In this document: piece after piece, positions 1-14,746 of the stretch
Layout of the letters: each line of letters opens with the position of its first letter
How positions within the stretch are numbered: position 1 is the first letter of the stretch
Source of the DNA: Octopus vulgaris
Taxonomy: Eukaryota
Length of the DNA: 64,000 nt
NCBI GenBank assembly: GCA_951406725.2
Contig: OX597830.1
Span: 11,036,001 to 11,100,000, forward strand
Reading direction: 5' to 3'
The notes under the pieces: generated by a model
Databases searched by the model: none
Told to the model about the DNA's origin: nothing
What the model saw: only the letters and a program-made list of their open reading frames with translations
Program-made: the position numbers and the translations under genes

Positions 1-129
1 AGTGTAACAAATGCAAAGTTTGAAGGCAATATTAGCCGTTTTTCATACTTTCTAGGAACAAGCAAATAGGAACTAACAGTTACTGCTCAAGGACTAAAAT
101 CGTGTTACACAGTGTTATACATAAGGTAC

Positions 130-1105
130 TAAACAAACGTACATTCTACAAAAGACGCTTACACCCTATTAGTAATTATACGTGCTACTAAAACATACAT
201 GTAGCAAGACACACATGTATGCTACTTCAAAGCAATCATTGATGCTGTTGCTAAACAATCATACTGCTAAGCAAACATGCATACTGCTGATCAAAAATGC
301 ATGTGGCTAGACAATCACACAGGAAACTAAACAAGTATACATGGTACTTCTGAGCAATTATACATCCTACTAAACAAATATACATGTAGTATATATATGA
401 CACACATATATACTACTTCAAAGCAATCGTTGATGCTGCTTCTAAGCAATCATACATACTGCTAAACAAACATGTATACTGTGATCAAAAGTACATGTGG
501 CTAGACAATCATACCGGAAACTAAACAAGCATACATGGTACTTCTGAGCAATTATACATCCTACTAAACAAATATACCTGAAGCATGACACAAATACATG
601 CTACTTCAAAGCAATCATTGATGCTGCTTCTAAGCAATCATACATACTGCTAAACAAACATGTATACTGTGATCAAAAGTACATGTGGCTAGACAATCAC
701 ACAGGAAACTAAACAAGCATACATAGCACTTCTGAGCAATTATACATCCTACTAAACAAATATACATGCTATCAAGCAGGTGTACACGCTACTTAGTAAT
801 CATACATGCTGCTAAACAAACATATACGCTACTTCTAAGCAATCGTGCATGCTACTAAACTAACGTGCATGCAGCTATAAAATACATGCAACTGTTAAAG
901 AAACAAATATACAATATATAAGCAATCGTATACGCTACTAAACAAATATTCGTGCTGCTAAAACATATATGCTAGTGTCAAACTAACGCATATTGCTACT
1001 TATAAGCAATTATACATGCTGCCAGACAAACAAGCATACGTGCTGCGTAACAAAATTACATGCTACATACAAACATACATGCTTTTAAACTAACATGCTA
1101 CTAAA
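130..1105. repeat. Minisatellite of ~22-25 bp subunits (catacatgctactaaacaa-like) with three ~188-bp higher-order copies
   Basis: Block ctacttcaaagcaatc...catgtggctagacaatc...cttctgagcaattatacatcctactaaacaaatatac recurs at ~221, ~412 and ~601. Degenerate subunits continue at 1450-1550 and 2195-2340. Confidence 0.85.
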
Positions 1106-1106
1106 T

Positions 1107-1410
1107 AGAGGTGCAATGGCCTAGTGGTTAGGGCAGCGGACTCGTTAGCACACCGGGTAAAATGCTTAGCGGTATTTCGTCTGCCGCTACGTTCTGGGTT
1201 CAAATTCCGCCAAGGTCGACTTTGTCTTTCATTCTTTCGCGGTCGCAGGATCGCGGTTTCGATTCTCAGACCGGGCGTTGTGTGTGTTTATTGAGCGAAA
1301 ACACCTAAAAGCTCTACGAGGCTCCGGCAGGGGGTGGTGATCCCTGCTGTACTCTTTCACCACAATGGCGGTGCCCCAGCATGGCCACAGCTGAAGAGCT
1401 GAAACTGGAA
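1107..1410 (+). mobile_element. Chimeric SINE: family C head and body, inserted family A piece, family B-like tail
   Basis: A-box tggcctagtgg and B-box ggtttcgattc; family A segment at 1143-1239; tail ggcggtgccccagcatggcc matches family B. Confidence 0.75.
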
Positions 1411-1567
1411 AAACAAAAAAAAAAAAAAAAAAAAACAAACAAATAAACACACATGCTGCTTCAAAGCGATAATATATGCTACCAAACAAACAGACAGGCT
1501 GCTTAACAGCCTTCCATTCTATTAAAGAAACATACATGCAGTTAAGCAATAATATTCCACGCATCTC

Positions 1568-2190
1568 AAGGCGGCGAGCTGGCAGAATCGTTAGCACGCC
1601 GGGCGAAATGCGTAGCCGTATTTCGTCTGCCGTTACGTTCTGAGTTCAAATTCCGCCGCGGTCGATTTTGCCTTTCATCCTTTCGGGGTCGATTAAATAA
1701 GTACCAGTTACGCACTGGGGGTCGATATAATCGACTTAATCCGTTTGTCTGTCCTTGTTTGTCCTCTCTGTGTTTAGCCCCTTGTGGGTAGTAAAGAAAT
1801 AAGTATTTCATCTGTCTTTGTGTTCTGAGTTCAAATTCCACCGAGGTCGACTTTGCCTTTCACCCTTTCGGGGTCGATAAATTAAGTACGAGTTACGCAC
1901 TGGGTCGATATAATCGACTTAATCCGTTTGTCTGTCCTTGTTTGTCCCCTCTGTGTGTAGCCCCTTGTGGGTAGCAAAGAAATAAGAAACGTTAGCACAC
2001 CGGGTAAAATGCTTAGCGGTATTTCGTCTGCCGCTACGTTCTGGGTTCAAATTCCGCCAAGGTCGACTTTGTCTTTCATTCTTTCGGGGTCGATAAATTA
2101 AGTAACAGTTGCATACTGGGGTTGATCTAATCGACTGGTCCCACCCCTGCAAAACTTTTTGGGCCTTGAGCCAAGAGTAGAAAAGAATAA
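1568..2190 (+). mobile_element. Trimeric tRNA-derived SINE, family A (Meta/MESC-like core)
   Basis: Head aaggcggcgagctggcagaatcgttagc, B-box gagttcaaattcc, core gtcgactttgcctttcatcctttcggggtcgataaattaagtaccag repeated three times. Confidence 0.88.
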
Positions 2191-2479
2191 TTTATGCTGC
2201 AAAGCAAACATGTATACGGTAAAATAAAACAAAGATATATGATACTAAACATGTTACATCTAAACCAATATGGACGCTACGAAAAAGCGAGCATGCTGTT
2301 GAGCAAACATTTATGTGCTGTTAGTAAACGAGTAAACATATTATTGAATATGTGTTGGAAAGGAGTTGGGAGAGGGACGGAGAGAGGGAGAGCGGTAGGA
2401 GAGGAAAGGGAAGGGATGGTGGGAGTTAGTGATATGAATAGATATGTAGATGTGTGTGTGTGTGTATATATATATACAT

Positions 2480-2681
2480 AGAGAGAAAGAGAGAGAGAGA
2501 AAGAGGGAGAGAGAGAGAGAGAAACTGGGAAATGTGGAGAGAAAATAGTTTTGCAGATATAAAGAGAGATAGATAGATAGATAGATACAAAGATAAATAA
2601 ATCGAGAGATAAATAGATCGATCGATCGATCGACAGATAGATAGATAGATAAATAGATAATTAGATAGATAGATGATAGAT

Positions 2682-2752
<71 letters not shown>

Positions 2753-2880
2753 GGCAGGCAGACAGGCAGGCAGGCAGACAGGCAGACAGGCAGACAGACA
2801 GACAGACAGATAGACAGACGGACGGACGGACGGATGGATGGATGAATGGAGAGATACAGACAGTCTGACAGGCAGACTGG

Positions 2881-2963
<83 letters not shown>

Positions 2964-2985
2964 GTAGATAGAAAGATAGGTAGAT

Positions 2986-3020
<35 letters not shown>

Positions 3021-3033
3021 AAGATAGGTAGAT

Positions 3034-3130
<97 letters not shown>
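2480..3130. repeat. Compound (GA)/(GATA)/(GACA) microsatellite
   Basis: Directly visible tetranucleotide runs. Confidence 0.95.
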
Positions 3131-3375
3131 TGGCTCTGCGTTTCCAGAAGGCAGCTGCTATTTGCCATCACTATTATGGAATCTGAAGGCGTTTCTTCCA
3201 ATCTTCCATTCGGTGATGGTCTCTTTGTTTATGACAAATATTGTCATAAACAAGTTCTTTATATACAAACATAAATACATACATGCATATACATACACAC
3301 ACATACGATTTTTTATGACAAACATTGCTATTCTCCTTCTTTATATACATCAATCGGATTGTTTTCAGCCAGATA

Positions 3376-3442
<67 letters not shown>

Positions 3443-3444
3443 GT

Positions 3445-4460
3445 TATTATTTTTATTCAGTAGTCTTATTCTTATCACGTGCTTTCACCACTATTGAGTG
3501 CAGCTCTGTGTGCCTTGGGTTTGTGCTGTGGTTTGTTGTGATGCTCTTATTTTCACTGTACTGAAAGTGTTTTACGTAGCATGTGCACGGTGCCTAGTAG
3601 TGCTATTTTCGTTATGTTATATATACTTTTAAGTCCTAGAGTCTTTGCTATGTATTTGTCTGAATGTCTTTTTTTTATCATACCTAATGTGTCTACTATG
3701 ACAGGAATTGTTTCTGGTTTTACGCTCCACATTTGAGTTACCTCCATTTCCAAATATTTGTATTTTGAAAGTTTCTCCGATTCTTGTTGAAAAATATTGT
3801 CATCTGTTCGTATTGATACATCGATTAGAAAGCAATTTTTTTTTTGGTGATCTTTGATAACTATATCCGGCCTATTGGCCTTAATTTCTCAATCTGTGTG
3901 TATTGGTACATCCCAGAGCATGGGTCCTTTCTCATTTTCTGTGACCTTTTCTGGCGTGTGCCTAAACTATCTTTTTTCTGCTGATATTCCATAGTGTTGG
4001 TATAGCTTCCAATGTATATAGGTCCCAGCTCTGTTGTGTCTGTGAATATATTCCTTCTTAGCCAGGACTGGGAAACCAGAGACAATATGATTTATTGTTT
4101 CTTCTCCATCTCCACATATTTTGCAGTTACTTGTATTTCTTAAGTTGTGTTTTTGTTGATTTCTGGTGGGGAGGCTTTGATCTTGCGCGGCAGTTAAAAA
4201 TCCTTCCGTTTCTGCTTTGAGTCCTGAGCTTCTCAGCTATTGTTGGAATCTTGCTTTGTCCATTTCTTTTCTGTTTAGTTTAGCCCAGTATTTGCCATGA
4301 AGGGGAATTTCTTGTCTTCGTTTTATCATGATCCGTTGCTGTCCCAGTTTTAGTTTGGATTTCAAATGTTTTACAGCTTTTGTTGTTTCTTCTTTTTCTT
4401 CATAGTTGTCAGGTACGATGGCTTCATTTTTGTACTTGTTAGCATTCTTAAAGAAGACTG
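3445..4460 (-). mobile_element. 5'-truncated R4/Dong-like non-LTR retrotransposon (zinc knuckle + restriction-like endonuclease), degenerate
   Basis: Minus strand reads CKICGDGEETINHIVSGF, RHNRAGTYIHW, KANRPDIVIKD..CFLIDVS, KLSKYKYLEME, TIPVIV.TLG, with internal stops. The 3' end abuts (TAA)n at 3378-3450. Confidence 0.88.
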
Positions 4461-4807
4461 AAAACAGTTTTTTTTTTGTTTTGTTCGATCTCGGCGGAAT
4501 TTGAACCCAAAACATAAAGACGGACGAACTACCGCGAGAGCATTTTGCCCGGCGTGCTAATGATTCTGCCAGCTCGCCGCCTTAGCAACCGCCACGCCAC
4601 CCAACCCCCCGAAATATTGACTATTTAAAGAATTACGTCCATAGTTCTTTAGTTCAGTCACCAAACTTTACTTTCTGCCCTGCATTTTGGTTCTAATATC
4701 TCCACTGCCGCCGCCGTTTAGAGAATAGGACAAGGTAGCATGTATGATGCTTTCGTTAATTATTTTAGATTACGTAGTCGCAAGTGAAAACAAGTGGCCT
4801 GTTTATT

Positions 4808-4953
4808 TATAGGCGTGACTGTGTGACAAGAAGCCTACTTCCCAACCACAGTCCCATTACATGACACTTTGGGTCACTGTCTTCTACTATAGCCTGGTAC
4901 TGACCAAGGCCTTGTGAGTGGATTTGGTAGACGAAAACTGAAAGAAGCCCGTC

Positions 4954-5013
<60 letters not shown>

Positions 5014-5190
5014 TTGTCTCCCCAACCATCACTTGACATCACTTGATGGTGTGTTTACGTCGCCGTAACTTAGCAGTTCGGCAAAGAGACCGATAGAATA
5101 AGTACAAGGCTTACAAAGAATAAGCCCTGGGGTTGATTTGCTCCAGCATGGCCGTAGTCAAATGACTGAAACAAGTAAAAAAGTAAAAGA
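4808..5190 (+). mobile_element. tRNA-derived SINE, family B (CORE-like segment, internal GT microsatellite)
   Basis: Diverged copy of the family at 10397; ends cagcatggccgtagtcaaatgactgaaacaagtaaaa. Confidence 0.85.
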
Positions 5191-5354
5191 ATGCTAAATT
5201 GGTTCCACTTCAATAATACGCCAAATATTTGAACTGATTTTTAGGACAATTCCTATTTCCTTATGAAAACATAATAGGTTTTTTCGAAAATAGCGAACAG
5301 CTATGGAGGTTCCATATGGTTGAATAGAAAAGATGAAGGTTGAGAAATCGTATC

Positions 5355-5730
5355 ACTCCGTCGGTTACGACGACGACGAGGGTTCCAGTTGATGTGATCA
5401 ACGGAACAGCCAGCTCGTGAAATTAACGTGCAAGTGGCTGAGCACTCTACAGACACGTGTACCCTTAACATAGTTCTCGGAGAGATTCAGCGTGAACAAA
5501 CTGTGACAAGACTGACCCTTTGAAATACAGGTACAACAGATACAGGAAGAAAGAGTGAGAGGAAGTTGTGGTGAAAGAGCACAGCAGGGTTCGCTACCAC
5601 TCCCTGCCTGAGCCTCGTGGAGCTTTAGGTGTTTTCGCTGAATAAACACTCACAACGCCCGGTCTGGGAATCGAAACTGCGACCCTACGACCGCGAGTCA
5701 GCTGCTCTAACCACTGGGCCATTGCGCCTC
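5355..5730 (-). mobile_element. tRNA(Arg)-like SINE, family C
   Basis: Reverse complement of the copy at 32828; flanked by direct repeat ggttgagaaat (putative TSD). Confidence 0.88.
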
Positions 5731-6303
5731 TACGGTTGAGAAATACTACGTGATACATTCAATTCTTCCTGATATAAAAAGACAATTAACACAACTACAC
5801 ACACCATTACCAAAACATCGCCACCGCCACCATTACAGTTTACAAAACCACCCCCACAAAAAAAAAGACACAAATGCTACCACCAGCACCACCACCAAAA
5901 CCACAACGGAAGGTAGCACAGCCACTGGAAGCACCACTCATTAACACAACCATTATGACTACCACCACCGCCGCCACCACCACCACTCCATACTACGCCA
6001 CACACTTCCCCAATGATCGAATATTTTTAACAGATTTTGTTGAACGATTTTGTCGCCAATTCCCAGAAATTCGAATAAATTGTCTGGCTTATGGAAGTTG
6101 ACAGAAATGTGTCTAAGAGGGTGTAAGTGCGTGTATACACATGCACACACACATGTAATTATACATACACATATATGAATATATAGCTATATATATATAT
6201 ATATATATACATATACTTATATTTATACACACATATACGTATATTTACATGTATATATATGTGTGTGAGTGTGCGTGTGTGTGTATGAATATAAATATAT
6301 GTA

Positions 6304-6354
<51 letters not shown>

Positions 6355-6585
6355 TTATAAATATGTATGTGTATACATACACATTTACATATGATATGTA
6401 TATATAGGTAAGTGGCTATACATATGTATATACATACTTTCAAACCATTACGTATGTATCTATATACAGATTCATATATATGTATGTGAGTGTATGTGCG
6501 TATGTGCGTATATGTATGTATATGTATATCGTTGCACATTTATCAGTCTGTCTCAATGGGACTCTCTTCCAAACCTCGATGTATG

Positions 6586-6619
<34 letters not shown>

Positions 6620-6628
6620 TAGAGAGAG

Positions 6629-6704
<76 letters not shown>

Positions 6705-7008
6705 GTACGTTTGTATGCAGGTATGTATGCATATACAAGTAGGTATGTATGCGTGTATGTATGAATGTATATATTTATGCATGTATATGTATTTATATAT
6801 ATATATTTGTGTGCGTATGTGTGTCTGTGTACATGTGTGTATATAGTTATATATATTTACATATATATATTCATATATATCTATATACATGTATATATAT
6901 ATATATATATCATATATATTCATATATATACGCATGTATATATACATATATATACACATGTATATATATATACATATATATATTCATATATATATATATA
7001 CATGTGTG

Positions 7009-7064
<56 letters not shown>

Positions 7065-7086
7065 TGTATGTATGTATGTATGTATG

Positions 7087-7117
<31 letters not shown>

Positions 7118-7474
7118 ACAAACCTATATACATACATGTCCGCTTATCTCGTTCCTAACTTTCTGTATACCAGACAGAGAGGGGGGGAGATAGTGAAAGA
7201 GATTAAATGAAAGAAACCAGGAAAACGAAAACGAAGGAGTTGGATGAGAATAAGGAAGAGAGAAGGAAGTAAATTACAATTCGAATCAGTGAAGCAGCTG
7301 TCGTCGATATGTAGTTTGGCTATTGATACGCCATTTTCAATATTCAGTGAGTTTAGTTTATTGAACAGAAAGAGAAGGTATCGGACCAGAGATAACAATT
7401 AATACATCAGACAATAACTCGACTTCGACAACAACAAAGACAAACATAATAGCGGGGAACGAAATAACAATAAC

Positions 7475-7539
<65 letters not shown>

Positions 7540-7553
7540 TAATAATAATGATG

Positions 7554-7618
<65 letters not shown>

Positions 7619-7859
7619 TAATATTATTATTATTATTATAATAATAATAATGATATAAAGCATCCAAAGAAACAGTCACTGATATGTGTATGTGTATATA
7701 TATATACATGTATATATGTGTGTGTGTCTGTATGTGTATATATATATATGTATGTATATATATATATTTGCATGTAGGTAGGTATGTATGCATATATATA
7801 TATGTATGTATGTACGTATATGTTTATATATATGTGTGTGTGTATACATATATATGTAC

Positions 7860-7926
<67 letters not shown>

Positions 7927-8095
7927 GACAGACAGACAGATAGATAGATCGATCGAGGGATAGATAGGTTTGGTAGGACAGAAGGGAGAGATAGAACTCA
8001 AAATATATGAATTTATATTCATTGTTATTATAAGTCTGATAAGAGCCGTGCACGAAACTTTCGGTCTTCGAGTCACTTTTGTGACTTGCTAGCGA

Positions 8096-8136
<41 letters not shown>

Positions 8137-8269
8137 TATATATATATACAAATTACATGAAAAGCTAACAATTTACTCTTATTTTAACTTTTGGCCGTTT
8201 AAGACAGGAACACATCGGTCGAAACCGGAATTAAATAGTCCACATTTGATATACATGTACACTCTACCT

Positions 8270-8364
8270 AAAAACACTTTGGATCACTGTTTTCTGCTAT
8301 AGCCTCGAGCTGACCAAAGCCTTGTGAGTGGATTTGGTAGACGGCAACTGAAAGAAGCCCGTCG

Positions 8365-8410
<46 letters not shown>

Positions 8411-8679
8411 TGTGTGTGTTTGCGTGTGTGTATGTGTGTGTGTGTATGTGAGTGTGTGAGTGTGTGTGAGTGTGTGTGTGTGTGTGTATGTTTGTCCCCC
8501 CACCTTTTCCCACAACCGATGTTGGTGTGTTTACGTTTCCGTAACCTAATGGTTCGGCAAAAATAGACCGATAGAACAAGTACTAGGCTTACAAGTCAAA
8601 AAGTCCTGGGGTCGATTTGTTCGACTAAAGGCGGTGCTCCAGCATGGCCGTAGTCAAATGACTGAAACAAAAGAATAAA

Positions 8680-8682
<3 letters not shown>
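8270..8682 (+). mobile_element. SINE family B, 5'-truncated
   Basis: gaccaaagccttgtgagtggatttggtagacgg...(GT)n...gactaaaggcggtgctccagcatgg. Confidence 0.85.
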
Positions 8683-8722
<40 letters not shown>

Positions 8723-8729
8723 GCAAAAA

Positions 8730-8767
8730 CTGTCCGATGAATGGCAACGGGAAACTCAGAGTAACAG
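8730..8767 (+). ncRNA. Degenerate type I hammerhead ribozyme motif in a short insert between (TA)n tracts
   Basis: ctgt-CCGATGA-(weak stem II)-GAAAC-tcaga-GTA-acag; stem I ctgt/acag, near-palindromic stem III. Confidence 0.5.
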
Positions 8768-8869
8768 GTTTTGTTGAATTTTCTGCTGCTTTGAATAAAG
8801 CATATTACTCTACCACTGGTATTTGAGTACTCTTTTTTCCACCTTGTTTCACATTTATGTGTTTACTCC

Positions 8870-8917
<48 letters not shown>

Positions 8918-9200
8918 AATAAATGTGTGTGTGCGTGTGTGTGTATGTGTTTGTATGCCTATAACTATGCATGTATACGCACACATATACATATAGTCGT
9001 AGTATTTATACGACAATGCTGTCGTCTACATAGTATGAATTGTTACTAATGAATGTTGCAAAATTTCTGAAGAAATGACAATGCCCTTTGATAAAAATAA
9101 GTGTTTTCCTTATATAACTGATATTTATTTATTGTTAATGGAAAACGCGTAAGTTGGTATAAATAAATATTCTATAAACAAACTCTTGCTTTGCTTTATG

Positions 9201-9262
<62 letters not shown>

Positions 9263-10335
9263 GCGTGTATCTAGCGGAGGTATCGTCAAAGATGTTACGA
9301 CTTAGTCCTGGCGCGTTTCAATAATTCTTTCTTCCTCAAGCTATATTCCATCCACCCCTTGTGTTTCATTTTGTCTTTATTCAGTTATTCTTTTTTCTTG
9401 CTTCTCTTTTCATGCCCCTAATTCTCGTTCTTTTATTCCATTTTGCATTAAGAATTTGCCTTTTTTTTTCTTATCTTCTTCCGGTAGTTCATATCCGTGG
9501 CAGTTCACATATCCTCTATAACTGAGAATTTGGAGATCAGTTTCATCAACCTTTTCTTTCTCTTCCGAAATTTCCATCTACTTGGATTGCCTGGCAATTA
9601 TTTACCCAATTGTCATAATCCATACGCATCACATATCCATATTTGAAAACAAGAAAATTGCAGCAAAGCTGCGTGGTATAAGTGTCAAACGTAGCATGCA
9701 AACTACCATATAACTTGTTTTATTCCCCTCTTCCGTTATACTTTGACATGCGCATTGCACTTTTATTCTTGTCTTCCGTTTTATGAATCCAGTGAGCAAA
9801 TGCGCATTGCGTGTTCATACTTCGCTTTCCGGTTCCTATTAAAAATTGTTTATATATCACAACCATCTCACGAACGTGCGTTCGTGAGGAGCGCTTCGCG
9901 TTCCGATGGTTGTGAAAAAAATTAATTACGTCCCCTTCTTTACGTTATCCTTCCCTGTAGTTTGTGTCTAGCTTTCCCTCTCCTCTATTTATTCTTACAC
10001 CTCACTCATTCACACACTAACATGATTCTATCTTCCCTTTCTCTCTGTTTCTCTTTGAATGCATCGTTACAATAATGGTCAGCATAAGTAAACGAATTCC
10101 TCGCCAGTGGATTTTCTGAATATTAGCCAGATAAAGCAATGGACCGGCTGCTAGAAATAGCAGCTAATTCTAACCTCAAATCATACCCTACCGATTGCAA
10201 AAACAGAAAAGAAATAAGGAGGTACACAGTAGGTGATATCGCTTTAGATGCACAATGCTTGAGAAAAGACAGGATGTCCATAACCGGAACGGCTTTGATC
10301 ATGGATCTTCTTAATCAGAATTAACCGGGGTTTAA

Positions 10336-10973
10336 CCCTCTAGTGTTCAGATTATTCTGTCAAATGTAACGCTATTTTGAATTAATTATGCATCATCATA
10401 GGCATAGGAATAGATGTGTGGTAAGTAGCTTGCTTACCAACCACATGGTTCCGAGTTCAGTCCCACTGCGTGGCACCTTGGGTAAGTGTCTTCTACTATA
10501 GCCTCGGGCCGACCAAAGCCTTGTGAGTGAATTTGGTAGACGGAAACTGAAAGAAGCCCGTCGAAATATATGTATGTGTGTGTCTGTATGTGTGTATGTT
10601 TGTGTGTGTGTGTATGTTTGTGTGTCTGTGTTTGTCCCCCCCAACATCGCTTGACAACCGATGCTGGTGTGTTTACGTCCCCGGAACCTAGCGGTTCGGC
10701 AAAAGAGACCGACAGAATAAGTACTAGGCTTACAAAGAATAAGTCCTGGTATCGATTTTCTCGACTAAATCGGTGCTTCAGCATGGCCGCAGCCACATGA
10801 CTGAAACACGTAAAAGAGTAAGAGAGTATCATGTAACTGAGATTTCGATGATGTGATTGTTTATGTTTAAAATGACGTTGTGTGGAAGGTACAAGAGGCC
10901 AGATCTGGCCAGTTTCAATATAAAGCAAGCAGAATATTTTCGACCAAATTTGACCAGTTTAAATGCTAAAGGA
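10336..10973. mobile_element. piggyBac-like MITE interrupted by a SINE
   Basis: ttaa|ccctctagtgtt ... aatgctaaagga|ttaa: imperfect TIRs with TTAA flanks. Confidence 0.6.
10397..10827 (+). mobile_element. SINE family B, full length
   Basis: tRNA-like head (gtgtggtaagtagc..gagttcagtccc), CORE-like gtggcaccttgggtaagtgtctt, internal microsatellite, tail gtaaaagagtaaga. Confidence 0.9.
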
Positions 10974-12208
10974 TTAAACAGCGACAATAAGCCTGGCGTT
11001 GCTCAGCGTAGTGGTTAACGAAGCGGGAAAGACACGCTATATCTCTGGTTCAACTCCAGTGTTCAATCCATTGCCCACATACACCAACGCCGCTGGATCA
11101 GACCTGATCAGACGACTACATGAAATGGGTATTCTCCTGCCTTACTTCTTTGGGTCCTCAACTCCTGGCGGAAGCACGGTTGCACTGTCGCTACATAGAG
11201 CGGGTTTTCGGCATTTTAAATCTGTCGGGACCTGTCCTTCCTTGGAACTAAACAGTGACGAATTCTTGTTGAGTGAAAGACAAGAACCAAGTCCAATACT
11301 GGACTGGTCATTTTATGTATCAACTCCGAAAGAAAAAACAAAGATGACCTCGGCAGAGTTTGAACTCAAAGCACAGAGGACTAGAACGAATTTCGCGGGT
11401 TATTCTGTATGACATTCAAAATCATCCAACCAATTAGCTGCTTTCTATGTTCAGTACATACATCACGTGTATTGATGTATAAATATATACATTCGTTTAT
11501 GTACTCCCGTGAAGAACGTGTTTATCCTTTAGATGATCCGACTTCTTGATACATCACTACCGTCACCACAACCTGCGGTGGTGGAAGTCGTCGTCGTCGT
11601 CATCATCATCATCATCGGCAACAGCAGCAATAGCAGTATTGTCCTCGTCGTCATTGTCATGGTAACCACCATCACATTCATCATCATCATCATCATCGTC
11701 ATCGTCATCACCATCGCAAACTAGTTATCAGCAACAATTGGTTCGCCTTCACCCTGCATTGAAAATGAGGTTTGTGGGGGTTTTTTTTCTTTACCTCTTA
11801 TTTCATGCTCTGTCTTCCCCTCCCCCCCCCACACACACACTACCACCTCCACCTCCAACATCACTCATTCCCCCACACTGCTACTCTCTCAACACTCTTC
11901 CTCCTCCTCCTCCTCCGTCTCATTCTATCTCATCCAACACTAACACACAGAGTTACACACGCTTTATTGATATCAGATATGTTTATGAGTGAAGCGTAGT
12001 AGACAGCAAAACATACAAACATTTCTGTTTACAGATGTGTATATATATAAATATATACACATATATATACATACAAACATACATACATACATACATACAT
12101 ACATACATACATACATACATACAAATACACGCATATATACATACACACAAGCGCGCGCACACACATATACATATATACATGTACATATATGCATACATGT
12201 AGATAGAT

Positions 12209-12261
<53 letters not shown>

Positions 12262-12342
12262 TAGATAGATAGAGACAGATAGACAGACAGATAGACAGGC
12301 ATATAGATAGATAGATAAATAGATAGAGAGAGAGAGCGAGAT

Positions 12343-12375
<33 letters not shown>

Positions 12376-12614
12376 AATAGATAGATAGAAAGAGAGATAG
12401 ACAGACAGGTAGACAGATAGATAGAGAGAGAGAGAGACAGACAGACAGACATACATACAGACAGACAGACAGACAGATAGATAGATAGATAGATAGATAG
12501 ATACATAGATAGATAGATAGATAAATAAATAGATAGATAGATAAATGATAGACAGATAGATAGACTGATAGACAGACACATATGTGCATACTTATATACA
12601 TAAAGACACACGCA

Positions 12615-12664
<50 letters not shown>

Positions 12665-13477
12665 TACATACATACATACATACACACATACATACATACA
12701 TACGAGAACAGATAGTGATTTCACTATCTGCCTCTTCCTCCCACTTCTACTTTTTCCCAAACAGCCCCGGAGATTACATCTGAACCGTTTCAATTGCAAC
12801 AATCATTTCCCAGAATTCCGTATTCCTTTTCAAAGCCGCCGTTCAGTTGAGAGTCTTTAAATGTTCCGATTCTTAAGACCAACATCAAACTGCTCTGTCG
12901 CTTTTATTGTGATTCCTTCCCAGTTCTCTCTTCTCCATTTATTTTTCTCTTATCTTGTCTTATTTGTCGCTGGGTGTTTCGTTTTTTGTTTTTTTCTCTC
13001 TTTTTCTTGAGAGGGAGACGGACGACGATTCTTTGTTTTGGTTTGTTTTTCAATTCTTTTCGTTTTTTTGTTAACGGCAGATGGTTCTGGAATTTCCTGA
13101 AACTGTTACTCTGCTCTGATAATGTTCCACGTTTATTTATCTTCTTTTTCTCAAAAGGAGAAAACAAAAACAAAAAAATAATAATGAGAAAATAACGGAT
13201 AAAGATGGAGGCAATATCATTAATGATAATGGACGCGGTGACTTGTTGGTGTTCATTCGCTAAATACATTTGACGGTGGCGGGAGAGGAGGTGGCGGGAG
13301 AGGAGATGGGGTGTTGCAAAACAAGCAATAATAATAATAATCCTTTCCAAAGAAGGCACAGGGCCTGAAAATCGATGAGAGGGGACTAGTCGATTGCATC
13401 GACCCCAGGGTTTAACTGGTATTTAATCTACCGACCCGAAGGGATGAAAGGCAAAGTCGTCCTAGTCGGAATTTGAG

Positions 13478-13487
13478 TAATGATAAC

Positions 13488-13564
<77 letters not shown>

Positions 13565-13617
13565 TAACAATAATAATAATAATAATAACAACAATAATAA
13601 TTATAATAACAACAATG

Positions 13618-13693
<76 letters not shown>

Positions 13694-13704
13694 TAATAAA
13701 AATG

Positions 13705-13784
<80 letters not shown>

Positions 13785-13793
13785 AATAATAAT
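13478..13793. repeat. (AAT)n microsatellite
   Basis: Direct; similar tracts at 7445-7655 and 38380-38508. Confidence 0.95.
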
Positions 13794-14333
13794 AAATGCC
13801 TTGATGCAGTACCTGACAGTGGCTCTCATGGCTTCTGATCTTAACTGATTGGAAGTGTTATCATGTACATTGTTTTGTCTTTGTATAAAAGATGGGCTAC
13901 AGCAAATATTCTGCTCAATACCACAGATTTGCTTGTCAGTTGTTTGACCTTAACCAGTTGAGCATGTCCCTTAGTGGCTGACGATACGAGCAGAAGTAGT
14001 GGGGGAGCACCATAGCCATGTGTTGAGAGGGATTCTTTGGGGTTTGAATAATTCACCTCTGGAAACATGGGTGGTTCTTTCAACATCCTTAAACAACTCT
14101 TATTCAGGGACCTTTTGAGCGGGATGGGTTACTCGACCTGAAGAAAATTCTAACTGGGCCCCACCTGGAAGGTCATGTGCTGTTTATCTTGATATGAGAT
14201 CACCATGTCGCGCACATATGATTGTGATGCATGTGCCTGGTGTACCCTTATCAGACGGGTAGTCATGATGGGTATACTGGGCTTCGTATATTTTACCACA
14301 GTGTCACTTTGATGGCATGCACTGCTCTCTCTC
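13794..14333. mobile_element. ~540-bp non-coding interspersed element embedded in (TAA)n
   Basis: (AAT)n on both sides; inverted homologous pieces at 16228-16645 and 17207-17370 also abut (TTA)n. Confidence 0.8.
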
Positions 14334-14381
<48 letters not shown>

Positions 14382-14639
14382 CCTTTCTACTTAAGGCACA
14401 AGGCCTAAAATCTGGGGTGGGGGGCCTAGTCGATTACATCAACCCCAGTGTTTCACTGGTACTTAATTTAATAACCACCGAAAGGATGAAAGATAAAGTC
14501 GACCTGTCTGCAAAAATTAAATAAATAAATGGTGCTGAACCATTGTGTGTGTTTATCCTTTATTTGCACCTTAATTACCTCCCTAGACACAACAAGATAT
14601 AAATACGTGTTTGTGTGTGCGCATGTGTTTACAAACATA

Positions 14640-14746
<107 letters not shown>

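Noticed and set aside
6034-6101. Peptide FPEIRINCLA resembling GAD FPEVK.KGM
   Set aside because: Short chance similarity, ends in a stop, no suitable donor.
9740-9910. Cluster of NRF1-like (atgcgcattgc) and ETS-like (ttccgg) motifs suggesting a promoter
   Set aside because: Short motifs only, with no linked exon or transcription evidence.
10999-11412. 137-aa ORF containing PGGS, superficially like the missing upstream GAD exon (PGGAISN)
   Set aside because: It lacks the SN, AR and FTS motifs and matching splice sites, and its end runs into SINE-like sequence.
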